Positions 1-13,983 of a DNA stretch of 64,000 nucleotides are shown here, one piece after another. Origin of the DNA: Eledone cirrhosa (taxonomy: Eukaryota). The DNA is taken from assembly GCA_964016885.1 (NCBI GenBank), contig OZ024751.1:31620001-31684000 (forward strand). The letters run 5' to 3'. The stretch's first letter is position 1, and every line of letters begins with the position of its first letter. Under the pieces are notes generated by a model that saw only the letters and a program-made list of their open reading frames with translations, made no database searches and was not told the origin of the DNA. The translations under genes and the position numbers were made by a program.

Positions 1-36
1 AAAATAATTGTTAATTAGTTTCAAAAATAAACTTAC

Positions 37-175
37 TAAGTGAACAACAATGTTTTAGTTGTCTTCTGAGATGAGAATCAAATTTGGATGCCATCTTTTG
101 GGAATGTCTTCGTAAGATTCTCACACAATCTTCATGGGCATATTTCTCTGCCATATCTAACGCTGTGTTACCATC
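37..175 (-). CDS. ANKLE1: ANKLE1-like coding exon 4 (ankyrin repeat; DGNTALDMAEKYAHEDCVRILRRHSQK...); gene continues left of window
   Basis: Acceptor ...tatgccag| and donor |gtaagt. The 139 nt start in phase 0, matching the end of the 2608-2713 exon. Peptide resembles the recalled human ANKLE1 segment DGLRPLDLALQQGHLECARVL. Confidence 0.85.
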
Positions 176-787
176 CTGGCATAAATAGAAAAATAAGACA
201 TAAAATTCTTCGTATTGAACTGAACTCTGTCGTTCACATTATATTCATTGATCATGCTCAATGGATTATAATTGATAATTAAATTTTACAATTCTTCTAA
301 AACAGAAGAAAAAACCTATGACAAACCATTAACGAGTTTTTGACGACAGGAAGAGTACTCTGCTTAACAAAGGGTTGAGAGGACCCTTTAGATGTTGTGT
401 CAAAGACACAATTTCTGGCAATCTACACAATAAAAGCATCCAGTACACGCTGTAAAGTGGTTGACAACAGGAAGGGCATCCATCCATAGAAAGCTTGCCA
501 AACAAAGGGTTAGGCGGACCCTTCAGTTTGTGTCAAAAGGCATGACAACATGTAAGCAGGATGCAGACCTCTCGGACTGTCTGGGAGATCAGTAGCCCTG
601 CTTCAGTACTGACCTCAAATAGATGAAAACCAAAGAGCCAGAACATATACTGCTAAACATATTTCTAACAAATCTGTCAATCCACCAAATGTAGTAATAA
701 TTAAAGACTAATAAAATAGCTGGACCAATTTCCTTTATACTAGTTATCATACAGATTTAATGTTATGTAATTCATTGACAATATTGA

Positions 788-1015
788 ATTTATATGGGAA
801 AAAATAGTTGACTGATATTAAATATATATGGGAGAAAATAGTTGAATGATATTAAATATATATGGGAGAAAATAGTTGAATGATATTAAATATATATGGG
901 AGAAAATAGTTGAATGATATTAAATATATATGGGAGAAAATAGTTGAATGATATTAAATATATATGGGAGAAAATAGTTGAATGATATTAAATATATATG
1001 AGAGAAAATAGTTGA
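788..1015. repeat. 34-bp minisatellite (~6.5 copies)
   Basis: Tandem unit tatatgggagaaaatagttgaatgatattaaata. Confidence 0.9.
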
Positions 1016-1532
1016 AGAAGACAAGAAAAGAGAAAGAAAGAAAATAAAATGTGGCGAAACAATAATAAAAGCAGTAATGGTTAGGTTATAAATCTCCAAT
1101 GTGAGATTATGTTGTTGAGTGCGGAGAGGATGAGGAAGGCTGAAACAGGTTGAGAGAGGTAGAGAGGAATGAGAGGGGGTTGAGGGAAGTTGATGTTACA
1201 CTGGATAACAACTGTGTCAATGGAATGATAAAAGCAGTAAAGGTTATAATAAAAATATTAATAAAACCACCACACACTTACATCACTTATAAACACACAC
1301 TACCATCACCTAAACACACACTACCACAACTTACACACACACACACTACCAACACTTACACACACACTACCATCACTTACACATACAGTACCATCATTTA
1401 CACATATAGTATCATTATTTACAATCACACAGACGCACCACCACTACTTACATCATAATCGTGTATACATACATTACCATCACACACACACGGGATGAAA
1501 AGATGAATCAATGTATAATAATAATAATAATA

Positions 1533-1720
1533 TTTGTTTCTACTTTAGGCACAAGGCCAGCAATTACCAGTGCATTACTGGTACTTTATTTTATCGACCC
1601 CGTAAGGATGAAAGGCAAAGTCAACCTCGGCGGGATTTGAACTCAGATGGTAAAGGGACGTAACTATGCTGGAAAGCATGGCGTCCGACCCTCTACCGAT
1701 ACTGCCAATCCACCGCCCTA
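1533..1720 (-). mobile_element. tRNA-derived SINE, family A (most abundant repeat in window)
   Basis: A/B-box head (tggcagtatcggtagag...gagttcaaatccc), core cctttcatccttacggggtcgataaaataaagtaccag, and tail ttgtgcc..tagaaacaa-(TTA)n. More than 20 full or partial copies in the window. Confidence 0.85.
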
Positions 1721-1959
1721 TAATAATATTAGAATAATAAAATAGTTTAACCATTATGGGAGAAGAATGTAATGCTAGCAATAGAAAAAGAACAAGGGGA
1801 ATAACTACGGTAAACTTAGCAATCTTAGTATGAACTGAGTTGTCTTTCTTGAGTGCCCGTACTTATGACGCTACAACTTGAGAGCTACTGTGAAATACGT
1901 TTATATATATATATATACGCAAATTCATGAAGCGTTCCATATTTTTTTACCCACTTCAC

Positions 1960-2200
1960 ATTGTAAACAGGACAAAAAAGCACTCTATCCACACTGTAAA
2001 GTGGTTGTGTAGATGTAACGACAATAAGCATACAGCACACACTGTAAATGTGGTCGTCGTTAGGAAGTGCATCCAGCTGTAGAAAACAAGTCAAAATCAG
2101 TTGTGTATGCAAATCAAGGTCCTCTGACCTGATCTCTCACAAAAGGACTGCCCATCCTACTCATGCTAGCTTGGAAAAAGGACGTTAAACGATGATGATA
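1960..2200 (+). mobile_element. RTE-tailed SINE fragment (family B)
   Basis: ctgtaaagtggtt..ttaggaag(g)gcatccagctgtagaaa core followed by ggaaaaaggacgttaaacgatgatgat tail. Confidence 0.7.
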
Positions 2201-2607
2201 TATGTGTGTATGTGTGTGTGTATTAAGCATTTGATCCAGGTCCCTGGTTTGGTGGTTACATATAAGAAAGATCCTATGAAATATGTGGTGGGATATGCAA
2301 GGTTTAGTTAATTGCATGAACACTTTATATTTTAACTAATTAAAGAATTTCGGAAGGATTTAATAAAATTAAAATTTCATTAAGATAGTATTTCTAACAA
2401 TGTTTTCTTCTTCTTGGGAGGGTTGGGAGGGGGGTAGATTCCTCAAACACTCCTTCCAGCATGTTCTTATATAAAATCTATTTTTAAAGGTATGAGCCCC
2501 ACTCCCACCGGTCTCCTGGGGATTCTATGCCCTACTTGTTAGACTACTTTACAAAAGAAATCAATGATGATTTTAAAAAGTGAAATAATTGCAAATATAA
2601 AGCTTAC

Positions 2608-2713
2608 ATCATCTCGTAAATTTATATCTCCACCATTCTTTAACAATAGTTTCAGAGTATCTGTGTTACCCCAAGTAGCTGCAATATGTAAGGGGGTAAC
2701 CCCTTCCTGGGTC
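2608..2713 (-). CDS. ANKLE1: ANKLE1-like coding exon 3 ((R)TQEGVTPLHIAATWGNTDTLKLLLKNGGDINLRDD)
   Basis: Canonical ankyrin TPLH motif. Acceptor ttcag|, donor |gtaagc, 106 nt, phase 2 to phase 0. Matches recalled human RSVEALTPLHVAAAWGCRRGLELLLSQGADPALRDQ. Confidence 0.9.
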
Positions 2714-3288
2714 CTGAAGTTGGAGAAAGAAAAACAACAATATTAAAGTCAATATCAAATTTTAACAAACAATGATTTTTTTTATATAACCTTGGTACAC
2801 ACAAATGCACTTATATACATAGACATACACACACATGTATATGGTTGACGCCTTCTCTCAAATAATCCTGCTATTTCAGCCATATTGAGCTAAGTGTTTT
2901 GTTTAAGGACCTGCTATGCTAGCAAGTGATAAATACAACACTCAAGAATCATCTACTTCATACTTTATCAACACTGCTAATATGTATTCCTTACATAAAT
3001 ATCGAGTCCTTATAATCGGTGCTGTTTCCTGCATAAATCCAAGGCATACCTTAGATATATCCTTTCTTTTAACCCCTAATTCTTTGCAGAGACATAGTGG
3101 CACTGTAATGACATATAGCATTTTTATTTTTTAGCAGGTGGGGTGGATGGGGGGAATTTAAAAAGGAACCTAGCAGAGACCATCTCCTTTCCAGACCTAG
3201 TACAGCAGATTTCTGAGTAAGAGATATAGAGGAATGGAGCTACAGGTTGTTTGCAATTTTTAGTAAATCCCTCAAAATTCTTTCTTAA

Positions 3289-3495
3289 CCCTTTATTTAG
3301 CATTTTACATTACTCTATATTTACTATTATATTTTTATGGTAAACACTTTACCTCACATAATATTGAATCTACGAGATTTTGATATTATTTATTTTGAGG
3401 ACAATACCTTGATGTTGGCATGAGTGGCCGGTTACAGCCAGTTTAAACAGGCAAGAGAATTCTGGACGGATATGGCCGCTTTAAATGTTAAAGGG
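3289..3495. mobile_element. piggyBac-type MITE (diverged copy)
   Basis: TTAA-CCCTTT...AAAGGG-TTA(G) ends; internal sequence shared with 51321-51541. Confidence 0.7.
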
Positions 3496-3741
3496 TTAGT
3501 TTAATTGAAATAGAATGTATTTCATTAGACATATGGTTTCGAATGGGTAAATATATCTTTGTTTTACGAGACACAGCTGGAGAGAGTGTACATACATGCT
3601 ATATGTACTCTACTTTAATAATATGGTTTTGATTTTTTTAAATTCTATTCTCTGGCTTATGAGCCAGCTGTTTCTCCTGTTTATAGAAAATTGAGGTGTA
3701 TTCCTGTTTCTCAGAATTATTAACACTGCAAAAAATCAAAA

Positions 3742-4090
3742 ATTGATAGGAGAATGGAAAGGGTCACAGATTGATAGGAAAATAGAAAGGGTCATAAATT
3801 GATGAGAATGGAAGGGGTCACAAATTGATAGGAGAACGGAAGGGGTCACAGATTGATAAGAGAATGAAAAGGGTCTCAAATTGATAGAATGGAAAGGGTC
3901 AGAGACTGATAGGAGAATGGAAGGGGCCAGAAATTGATAGGAGAATGGAAGGAGTCAGAAATTGATAGGAGAATAGAAGGGGTCACAAATGGATAGGAGA
4001 ATGGAAAGGGTCACAGATTGATAGGAGAATGGAAAGGATCAAATTGATAGAATAGAAGGGGTCGCAAATGGATAGGAGAATGGAAAGGAG
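3742..4090. repeat. 28-bp purine-rich minisatellite (~12 copies)
   Basis: Unit gataggagaatggaaagggtcacagatt. Confidence 0.9.
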
Positions 4091-4177
4091 ATGAAATCAG
4101 AAAGCCCTTAATTTCTGTTGGAATTATAGGGTCACCATTCCCATATATGGAACCCATCTCTCATCAGGTCGAAATGC

Positions 4178-4405
4178 ACCTCTTTCTCCTCCTCAAGGGT
4201 ACTTTACTATTGCTGTCAGTCCTCCAGTCGGCCTCATATCTCTCTCTCCTCCTCAATAGTACTTTACTATTGCTGTCAGTCCTCCAGTCGGCCTCCTCTT
4301 TCTCTCCCTCTTCCCCCTAAGAGTACTTTACTATTATTGTCAATCCTCCATTTGGCCTCATCCCTCTCTCCTCACTAAGGGTACTTGACTATTATTGTCA
4401 GTCTA
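4178..4405. repeat. ~60-bp tandem repeat (~4 copies)
   Basis: Recurring gtactttactattgctgtcagtcctccagtcggcctc. Confidence 0.8.
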
Positions 4406-5787
4406 CCAGCTGGCTCCCAGTAGCATGAAATTATAAAAACAATAAATAAGTATAATCACAAACCAGTCCAGCCCCCACCCATCCATCGACCCATATTTAA
4501 ATGAGGATATAATAGAAAAATAATAATTAATGGGAACATGTTAGTGAGTAGGAAACAGCTGATAATGTGTGTGTGTGAGATTGTGTGTGTGTGATTGTGT
4601 CAAAAGAGAAAACGGAAGAAATGGGGAGAGAGAGAGGGGGGTGGAAGGAAGAGAATGCAAAAAAGTGTCAGACTGAGAGAGAAAAAGTGTGTGACTGTCT
4701 TTGTGTGTGTATCTGTGTTGTGTATGTGTGAGTGTTTGGAGAGAGAGAGGTGAATGTAGAAAATGTCAGACTGTAAGAGAGAAAGAGTGTGTGTATATGG
4801 TGGGAGTGTGTAGTGGGAATATGTGTACGCACACACACACACACACACACGCACGGCAGTGGGTGTGTGTGGTGGAAATGTGCATGTGTATGAGTTTGTG
4901 TGTTTACATGTAAGTCATATAATGAGTGACAGCAGTGGATAAAGGAGAATGTAAGCATTAAAGCCATTGACAGAAGAGGACAGTGTGTGTGTGTGCGTGC
5001 CTATGTGATTAATCTAATTAACAATTTAGGTTAAATTCAGTAATTAGTGAGAGGTGAAGTGACAACCCCCACCACCACCAATACTACTACAAATATATAG
5101 GAAAATATGGATACAATAACAGTTTAACAGCTGATATCATCATTATCATCATCATAACAGTCTAATGGATACATCATCATCATCATTATTAGGTTTTCCA
5201 GCCACTTGCCCTTCCTCACATCAACTCCTTTAGTTGTCTCTTATGACACAAGGATACGATGTACCTATTTTAAAAACTGAATTCCATATATAACAAAATA
5301 CTACAAAGTATGTATGTATGAATGTGTGTATGCATGTATGTAATTATGTGTGTATGTATTTATGAATAGGCCTGTGTCTCTTGGAATTGTAGGAGCACTG
5401 CAGTAATGTACATGTTTAGGGTATGTTTTAAACCTGACAGAGCCCATCTCTTTCCACGTTTGAAACACAACAGATTTCTTCCAAAGGTGGACAGAAAGAG
5501 AAAGAAAAAGCATTAAAGTAAGAAAGAGATGTAGATGTACTGGACTGGTATTTTTTTTATTGGCCTCAAAAACATGAATGGCAAAGTTAATCTTGGTGGG
5601 ATTTGAACTCAGAGAGCAGAGCTGGCATTCTAACGACTCTGCAAGTTGGCCACATCATCATCAGTCATATAAACACAATATAGAAAGATAAGGGTGGTTG
5701 TCACAGTTGTTGTTCTGGATACTAGACAGGGTGTTGTGTCAGAAGACACAACTAGATTGGGTGTTAGGGAAGGAAGCAAATAAATAC

Positions 5788-5931
5788 CTGAGATTAGGGT
5801 CACCACCATACTTAATCAATAAATGAGTGATTGATTTATTGATTCCAGTTCCTAAGTGAATTGGAGCGATATCATCATCATGGAATAGAGCATTTGGATC
5901 AGTACCATCTTCCAGAAGCTGCCAAACTTTT
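5788..5931 (-). CDS. ANKLE1: ANKLE1-like coding exon 2 (KVWQLLEDGTDPNALFHDDDIAPIHLGTGINKSITHLLIKYGGDPNL(R))
   Basis: Poly-T acceptor ttttttcag| and donor |gtattt; 144 nt, phase 2 to phase 2. Aligns to recalled ANKLE1 VEELLRCGADPNLV...LLRQGGDPNAR. Confidence 0.88.
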
Positions 5932-8005
5932 CTGAAAAAAAAAAAAATATGCAAATATGATTATAAAAAGCATATTTATATCTAGAAACATTGTTTTCTA
6001 AATCAATTTTACCAAAAAACAACCCAAGACAACAATAAACTATGATGACAACAGTACCAGCTTCAGTCAGATGTATTAGCGAGACAGTTGCTTCTGATAG
6101 AGCCCTCTGGAAAGAGGTGTGCCTGAGGACTCTGCATCTTCTCTATGGCCCTTGCAAGAAAAAGTTGATTCGTTTCCTCTCTCTTTTGATTCACTCTCTC
6201 CCTGTTGACTTATTCCCTACCTCCCTCTGGTAATGAAAGGGTTAAAGTGTTTATATTTATCTAAAAAGCTTCCATTGAACCTTTAAGTTATGGTCCAAAC
6301 ATCAACAGTGTCTTTCATTAGAAAGTGTTTATATTTCTCTAAAACCCTTCCATCATAATTTTAAGTAAGAACCTTTGTTAAGTTACGTTCCAAACATCAA
6401 CTTAAAAATGAGAAAGTTATTTCATCTGTCAAAATTTTTTGATTGTTTTCAAAATCATTTAGAAATCTTAGACAGTGTCGTTCATTAGAAGAATGGTAAA
6501 GAAAGGGTTAACACAAGAACTACTTCCCTCCCTCCCTCCCTCGATACTCTGCTGGGTGACTTATGTGTGTCAACTGTGTGGATCAAATGTATAATAAACT
6601 ATATATCATCTTGGTTATGTAAAGTTTGTCTTGTCTCTAATGTTCAGAAACTGTTTATCACAATATCTGGGGAATGGGTGGGTGGGATGATGATGATGTG
6701 TGTGAAAATGGACATAAAGTCAAGGGCAGACAGAAAGAAATTGTTTTACAAACTTGACAAACCAGCAAAACAAGAACAAAAACATACATTTATTTATATA
6801 TATACACACGTGTGTGTGTGTGTGTGTGTGTGTTTATCCCAGGTTCAGTCAAGTCCTGTAGAAGCCATTTCTATATTATATATACAATTTCTGTAAATAA
6901 TTTTAACTTCCTTTTGCAAAATGTATGAGATTATCTCATGATCATTCTCCTTTGGTAAACATCATTTTTACTATCTATGGTTTATTCATTACAATATTTT
7001 GCAGTATCACCAAAATATTTTGTCTTTTCTGTATAATACAATCTTTCCCTTTAGCACATTAGGCCAACAGTCCACCCCACCGCCACTGTCTCAGCACATT
7101 AGTCTGTCCACCCCCACCTGCTTAGCACCCCATCATCAGTCCAATCCAACCCCAACCCACATACATTTAGACTCACCTAAGTCAACAACCATCAGTTGAA
7201 CTTTAATCATTTCTTCCCCCACCAGTCAACTTAACACCACCATTCTTATTTATTCAAAGAATTTAAGGTGTGTTGTTTTTCCTCTATTTATAAAGAGGAT
7301 AGGTTGATTACAGGTGGCATTCAGCACCTATAATAACCCTATTGATACAAGCCCACCAAAAAATGCGTTTTATGATACAACAAAACTGGGAGGGGCGCTG
7401 TCCATATTTATATTAACCCTTTAACATTTTAGCATTTACATCCTTTCGAGGTCAATAAAAATTTTAAAAAGTACCAGTGATATATGGAGGAAATTGGCTG
7501 TGTTGGGAGATTTTAACTTGAATATGAACCCTTAAAAATGGGTTGATTTGTTTCATAGAAGGAGAAGCATGTTTGGTGGTGGGTTGGTTTGAAAAAGGTT
7601 GAGTGAGTGGGTGACAGGGTCTCGGTGACAGGGTCTCGACAACAACAAATACATCAGTGTAAATCCTACATTTAAACAGTTGGTAGATATCTATTATTTA
7701 TTACAGTTGACATGACTTAACTGTAAGTTCTGGTACTGACTCAGTAAAATCACCACCACCACCATAGCCTGTAACATTACAAGAATATTTACAACAAACT
7801 CTTTACACTGAATCACACCAAGATTGTGTCATGTCAAGAACTGGCCTTAGACATGCTGCACTAAACAGCTTTGCAATAGAAGCCAACACTTCTCAGTTAC
7901 CAATGTTGTGTGACCTTCAATCACAACATTGCTGACAGCTACAAAAATAACATTTCACTTAACTTTTATTTTTATTTTATTAATACACACACACATACAC
8001 ATATA

Positions 8006-8041
<36 letters not shown>

Positions 8042-8042
<1 letters not shown>

Positions 8043-9360
8043 TAGCAGAGTATCCGGCATTGCACGGGTAAGAACATTGGTAATAGCACCTCCAATGGGA
8101 AACGTTTATTTGTGAGTGCCTGTTAAAAACTCACGGAAATATACCGACAGGAAACTTGTTTTATTTGGAGAAAATTAAGAAGTTGAAAGTACAGTTTAGC
8201 TGTCTACGCACATTGTTCATAGAAATATTGTTGAGCCCCTTCTTTTTATACTCCTCTCTTTTGGCCTATTGGAGTAAATATGAAAGAGAAAGTCACAAGG
8301 TTCCAGTGCAATAGCAGTAAGGCATAGGCTACTTACCTCAAAAGTTCATTTGCACGCTTTCCACTGAGTTACTCTTTCTTTCTATACATCTCGGTGCAGT
8401 CCCTTGCGAATTTCTTGCGTAGGCCTGGTGTAGATTTGCACCTGATCAATCTGCCCGATGCACATGTCCGCTTTGTACGGCTTTTGGAGGAAGGAGTGAC
8501 CAGCAGTACGTTGTTCGGTATTATAACGAAAAAGGGCAGTGGATTGGCAGAGGGTCGGACGCCATGCTTTGCAGCAAAGAGTTACGGCCCTTTATGATCT
8601 GAGTTCAAATCCCGCCGAGGTTAACTTTGCCTTTCATCCTTACGGGGTCGATAAAATAAAGTACCAGTAATACACTGGGATAATTGCTAGCCTTGTGCCA
8701 AAAGTAGAAAGAATTATTATGAAAAGGTATAGCAGAGAATCCCGTGTGAACTAACAGCTCGGCAGGAAAATTCTTCCCTCGAAGATTCATTCGCCATCAT
8801 TCTTGTCAATGGTCTAGTTAGATGAATGGCGCACAAAGGGTTAATGTTTATTGGCAAGAAGTGGCAACTGGGCTGGCTTGCCTCGCTTATATTATATACT
8901 AAAATAACAGATTAAAGTTTAAGCAAAGAATCGCTGCTTTCACCCTTAACGGGATCTTCTGAAACTAAAAAAAATCAGTCTATGAACGCAGAAATAAATA
9001 TTTCGAAAAACATTGCAACTGAAGGAAAAGGGAAGACGATACTTTGGTTCGTGAAAACATTCCCTGGCAATGAACGGAAAATAGCGAACATAATACGTCA
9101 TCAATGTTTCTCATAATGTCGTAATGCAGACAGCCAGACATACAGACAGATATTATAAGGGCGCGACGGAGATCGATAACTGGCGCCTAACACCCCTTTA
9201 ACAACAGAAAATTGAAAAATAAAAGGTGCAGTTAATATCTTTAGACCGCAAGGAATATATAAATTCAAGTTTGAGGTCAATCGGAATAGAAATGTAGATT
9301 TGTATAGACATTGCAAAAATGAGGACACGGACACACAGACAACTACAGTTTTATATATAT
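8042..9360 (-). mobile_element. Non-autonomous Helitron, family B, carrying a nested SINE (8533-8718) and a Penelope-like fragment (~8895-9105)
   Basis: Minus-strand 3' end has hairpin cccgtgcaatgccgg then CTAG|T. The 5' end tatatataaaactgtagttgtctgt resembles family A. Confidence 0.7.
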
Positions 9361-9361
9361 A

Positions 9362-10354
9362 CTAGCAGTAAAGCCCGGCGTTGCTCGGGGTCGCTCAGTA
9401 GCTGTGTTAAAGTTACAATGTTAAGTTTCTTTATTGGCTTAAAAACTGTAGTGTCTACTGTGCAGACTTGCATGTGGTGTTTTTGATTAATATTCCCTCA
9501 ACCAACAATATGCCTTATGAAGTTAAGAAAACATAACGATAACCCGAATGTTATATCAAAAGAGGATGCTGGGGATAAAAACTGCACTGGTTATTTATTA
9601 ACAAAGATCGAAAATGTAAACACTGCAACGCAGAGAAAAACATTAGCGTAACCAAATTATCAGTTATGTCTGTCTGCACGCCTATATCACCTCTCTGCAC
9701 GACTGTCTGTCTGCACGCCTATATCACCTCTCTGCACGACTGTCTGTCTGCACGCCTATATCAACTCTCTGCACGACTGTCTGTCTGCACGCCTATATCA
9801 CCTCTCTGCACGACTGTCTGTCTGCACGCCTATATCACCTCTCTGCACGCCTATATCACCTCTCTGCACGACTGTCTGTCTGCACGCGTATATCACCTCT
9901 CTGCACGACTGTCTGTCTGCACGCCTAACGACGAAATATTTGCTTGTTTTACGTAGTCTTTAAATAGACTTGTTTTCAAGTAAAAATATTGTTTTAAAAT
10001 GCTTTTAAATGGAAATGAAGCAAAACGGAAGCTTAGTGTTCGAACTGATGAATTTTGCAGGTCAATATTTTGCTGGCTCGACAACTGTTAAAGCCAGCGT
10101 AATTTTTTACGTAAGACGCTCAATGTAAACAGAACAAAGGGAAATAACTGATAACTTACGCTCAAAAATCGATACATTATATTCGATTTCGTCACATAGG
10201 GTGGGTCAATTTGAAATTTTTTGTTTCCGATGTCTTCGCTAGGGCTCAATGTACAAGTGTAGCAATTTCGGTGCAATTCCGTGAGAGATTCTAAGAGGAG
10301 ATGTGTGCCAAAAATCGATAGACAGACAGACAACCACAGTTTTATATATATAGA
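9362..10354 (-). mobile_element. Non-autonomous Helitron, family A, with internal 37-bp minisatellite
   Basis: A|TCTATATATATAAAAC 5' end; 3' hairpin cccgagcaacgccggg, then CTAG|T; no TSD. Internal unit tgtctgtctgcacgcctatatcacctctctgcacgac. Confidence 0.88.
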
Positions 10355-10512
10355 TTATCAAAAAAATGTTAACACTACAAGTGAAGTCATTCTTTTCCTT
10401 TTTTTCAAATATACCTAACTGTACCAAGGATCTCACACATTTTCCAATATATATATAATACACTGTGTGTGTGTGTATATATATTGTGTGTATATATGTA
10501 TACACACACATA

Positions 10513-10608
10513 CAGGGTGTCCATAAAAATGTATACACTTCAACAGCGTTCTAATGAATAATGCCTGTATAAGTGATCAGTGTGTATACATTTTTGGGGG
10601 ACACCGTG
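10513..10608. mobile_element. Tc1/mariner-type MITE (~96 bp)
   Basis: TA-CAGGGTGTCCATAAAAATGTATACACT ... AGTGTGTATACATTTTTGGGGGACACCGTG terminal inverted repeats. Confidence 0.7.
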
Positions 10609-12624
10609 CGTGCATGTGTGTGTGTGTATGTATATATATATATATATACTTGTAGACAATTGCATTTTTTCTTTTTTTTTCTACTAGATAATTTTGATAG
10701 GGTGCAAAAAAATCTATACACAACTTCAGTTACGGAATCTTTCTCTGAATGTAGATTATTAAACAGTGAAACCAAAATATGGTAAGCAAGCTGTGACTTA
10801 CATACAAGTGTATGTGTTTGTGTGTACAATACATAGATCACTCTTCTTTCCTCTACTTTTTCTATGGAAATACTTAACACACACACACAAACACACAAAC
10901 ACTCAACACAATGCCATGTTGAGGATATTGTTAAACATAATTGCTGAAAGAAGCATTTCAAGATATTCTTAGCATTGTTAGGATGAGAATTATGGTGAGA
11001 TTAATAATCAAAAATATTTGTGACAGTGATAATACTTTAACCCTTTAATGTTCAAACCGGCCAAAACCAGCCAGAATTCTCTATCTCTTTCTGTTGAAAC
11101 TGGCTGTAACTGGTCGCTCAAACTGATGTTAAGGTATTGTTCTCAAAATAAATACTTTCAAAATCTCATAGATTCAATATTATGTGAGGTAAAGCCTTTA
11201 CCATGAAAATATAATAGTATATATAAAATAATGTGACAGTGATAAAACTTTTATTGTACAACGACAACCAAGCATTTTAAGGCCTTTCCCCTTCTAAGGC
11301 CAGTTGGTTAGCCTTATGAGTCCCATGATATTCTCTTCATATTCACCACGGAGTTCTGTCTGTCTGATATCAACCCCTTATAGTTGCTTCCTATGACATT
11401 CAAGGATTTGATGTAACTACTCTAAATTGGACTGACCCCCCCCCCCCACACACACACACACATGGGCACTTTGAGTTCGTTTGTTGAGTAAACCCAAGGA
11501 ATAACCATCTGAGATCCCTGACCAGCTTCATACTCATCATGTGGTCCACTTGGAGATGACATTATTTCTTGGTTGGATGCCCTTCATAGTGCCAACTTAC
11601 TTAGTCACTGTCTAATGACACAGGGATATGGCATACCTATTCTACACTGGATACATACAGAAATAACATTGTTGTTAGTATATATTATCTGTGAAGGCAA
11701 TTCACAATTGTGAGGTTGCAAATTCAATTCTCAAACCAGGTGATATGTTATGTCCTTGCACGACACTTTATTTCATGTTGCTCTTTCTGCCAAGATTTGC
11801 AACCAATAGATAATATTAGCAATGGAAACATTGTTTCCTTGGTCTGATTTGACAACTTCCACCCCACTTGCTAAATGAGTGAGGTCTGGGATTTATTTGA
11901 TCGATCAATATATTACCAACTGATGGAGATAATATATTTCTATAAAGTTGTTACAAATATTTTTCACTTCACACTTTTTTAGTGAGAGTATGTTATTATT
12001 GGATTGGCAGAATCAGCACAGTTGCACCTCTTTATGGTTTGAGTTCAAATCCCGCTGAGGTTAATTTTAACTTTCATCCTTACGGGGTCGATAAAATAAA
12101 GTACCAGTAATGTACTGAGATAATTCCTGGCCTTGTGCCAAAAGTAGAAACAATTATTATTATTATTATTATTCTTTCATCTGTATGGGCTCGATAAAAT
12201 AAAGTACCAGTAATGCACTGGGGTGATTTAATTGACTTTCTCCTCCCCCTAAAATGTTGAGCTTGTGCCTAAATCAAAAACCACTATTATTATTTAGGGC
12301 AGTGGATTGGCAGTATGAGTAGAACATTGGACAGCATGTTTTGTGGCATATAGTTATGTCCCTTCACATTCTGAGTTCAAATCCTGTTGAGGGGTTGATA
12401 AAATAAAGTTCCTGTACTGGGGTCGATTTAATCAACTTTCCCTTCACCCCAAAATTGTTAGCCTTGTGCCTATATAAGAAACCATTATTATTATTATTTT
12501 ATTTTATTTCTTGTATTTTTTTCTTGCTTTCTATGAGTGAATTTAAACTTCTGGGCTGATGATCTTTCCCTGAGGAATTCAAACTTTTCTCAGTATGATC
12601 TCTGTTTTTCCCCTTGGTAAAACA

Positions 12625-12787
12625 CATACTACTACTATAACGACTGTTGCTGATACTACTACTATTTCTACTATAACTACTGCTGCTACTGTTACTTCTA
12701 TTACTACTGCTACCACAACTATTATTATTGCTGCTGCTACTACTCTGATTACTACAAATGCTACTGCTACTATTACTACTACTACTT
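12625..12787. repeat. Degenerate (ACT)n trinucleotide repeat
   Basis: tactactac/tgctac runs; these explain the Ser/Val/Thr-rich ORFs in the track. Confidence 0.85.
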
Positions 12788-13194
12788 GCCTTAGTGTGTG
12801 TTGGATACAAAACTTTCTACTCTCACTTTGTTTTTTTTTTATGTAACCTTGTAATCTTAGGAGGTCATTCCTGATTAAACAGATAGACCTATTCACTTCC
12901 TGGTTGAGTGATTAACTATGACAATAATATCCTCTACCACAGTAAAAACAAATTCCTTGCTTCAACAGAGGTAATTGGATTTTTTTTAAAACAAACACCT
13001 CATTGTTTTCTACTCTTTTTTTTTTTTAAATTTCTGTTTCATTTTTTCTTCTTGATTACAATCTACACCACAACTCACATTTTCCACATAAGTGGCTCAT
13101 TGGCAGAGTCCTTAGAGCATTGAATTTGTCCCAGCATTTGTTCTGACATATTATATTCTGAGTTCAAACTCTGCCGAGGTCAACTTTGTCCTTT

Positions 13195-13447
13195 AGAAGT
13201 CTTCTTCTTCACCCACTCATATCTGAGAGGGTCTTGGAGGCAGAGTCTGCAAACACACCTTCCAGTCGGTCCTGTCAGAAGCAACCATCTCCCCCTAATT
13301 CGGCAGGATCCCCAAGTGAGACCAACCAATCTCATGGATGTTATCCAACCATCTTGCTTGTGGGATCTACCTCTGGGTCTCCTGCTGGTTGGTTTTGCTT
13401 GTAATATCTGTCTAATGATTCTTTCCTGAGATATTCTAACCACATGC
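13195..13447 (-). mobile_element. RTE LINE 3' fragment (GAA-tailed family)
   Basis: GHVVRISQERIIRQILQAKPTSRRPRGR C-terminal motif and gaagaagaag tail. Related fragments at 26376-27012, 33556-33795, 42030-42200 and 48855-49045. Confidence 0.8.
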
Positions 13448-13983
13448 CCTTTTGAAGTCAATAAAAATAAAGTACCAGTCCAGTGGGCAGGGATTCGGTA
13501 GAATTTGTTAAATAATCAGATAGAATATTTTGCAGCATGTGACCTAGCTCTGTTGCAGTCTTGAGTTGAAATCCTACTTCCTCCTGCCAGGAATTGTAAC
13601 GTTCAGATAGTTTCATCAATGGAAACATTGATTTGTTGGTTTGGTCTGACAATTGACTATTTTCCTTCTTTTTTTTTTTTTTTTTCATATTTAAAAAAAG
13701 TACAATTTAAAAAAGAAGTATTCACTTATTGTGTTAATGTCAGTTATTAGTTTATGCTAGCTAGCCACAGGCCGTCAAAAATGAGAGCTAATTGTAATAT
13801 CTATACATAATATAAAAAAGAGGTGTTTGTTGGTTGCTTGGTTGTTTGGTTGCTTGCTTGCTTCCTTCCTTCGCACTCACACAAGTGATACAAACATACA
13901 AACACAGCTGTGACGAATCTTAGAATACTGGACTTCTATTGTTTCTCACCCCATCTTCCTTCATCAGTCATTATATAGATGTA

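Noticed and set aside
7885-7940. Hairpin caatgttgtg/cacaacattg as a miRNA, or a minus-strand terminal exon (VSNVVIEGHTT...)
   Set aside because: The stem is too short, I recognise no miRNA, and no partner exons or homology support a coding exon.
9667-9925. 37-bp repeats of CRISPR-like length (also the 34-, 44- and 76-bp arrays)
   Set aside because: Units are directly tandem with no unique spacers, there are no cas genes, and the context is eukaryotic; these are minisatellites.
9893-10333. Recurring ORFs MSSQQNIDLQ... and MSVCLSIFGTH... found in several copies
   Set aside because: They recur only because they lie inside the non-autonomous Helitron; no protein motif is evident.
12848-12934. 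Possible minus-strand exon with ag/gt boundaries
   Set aside because: Stops in all three frames and a weak donor.
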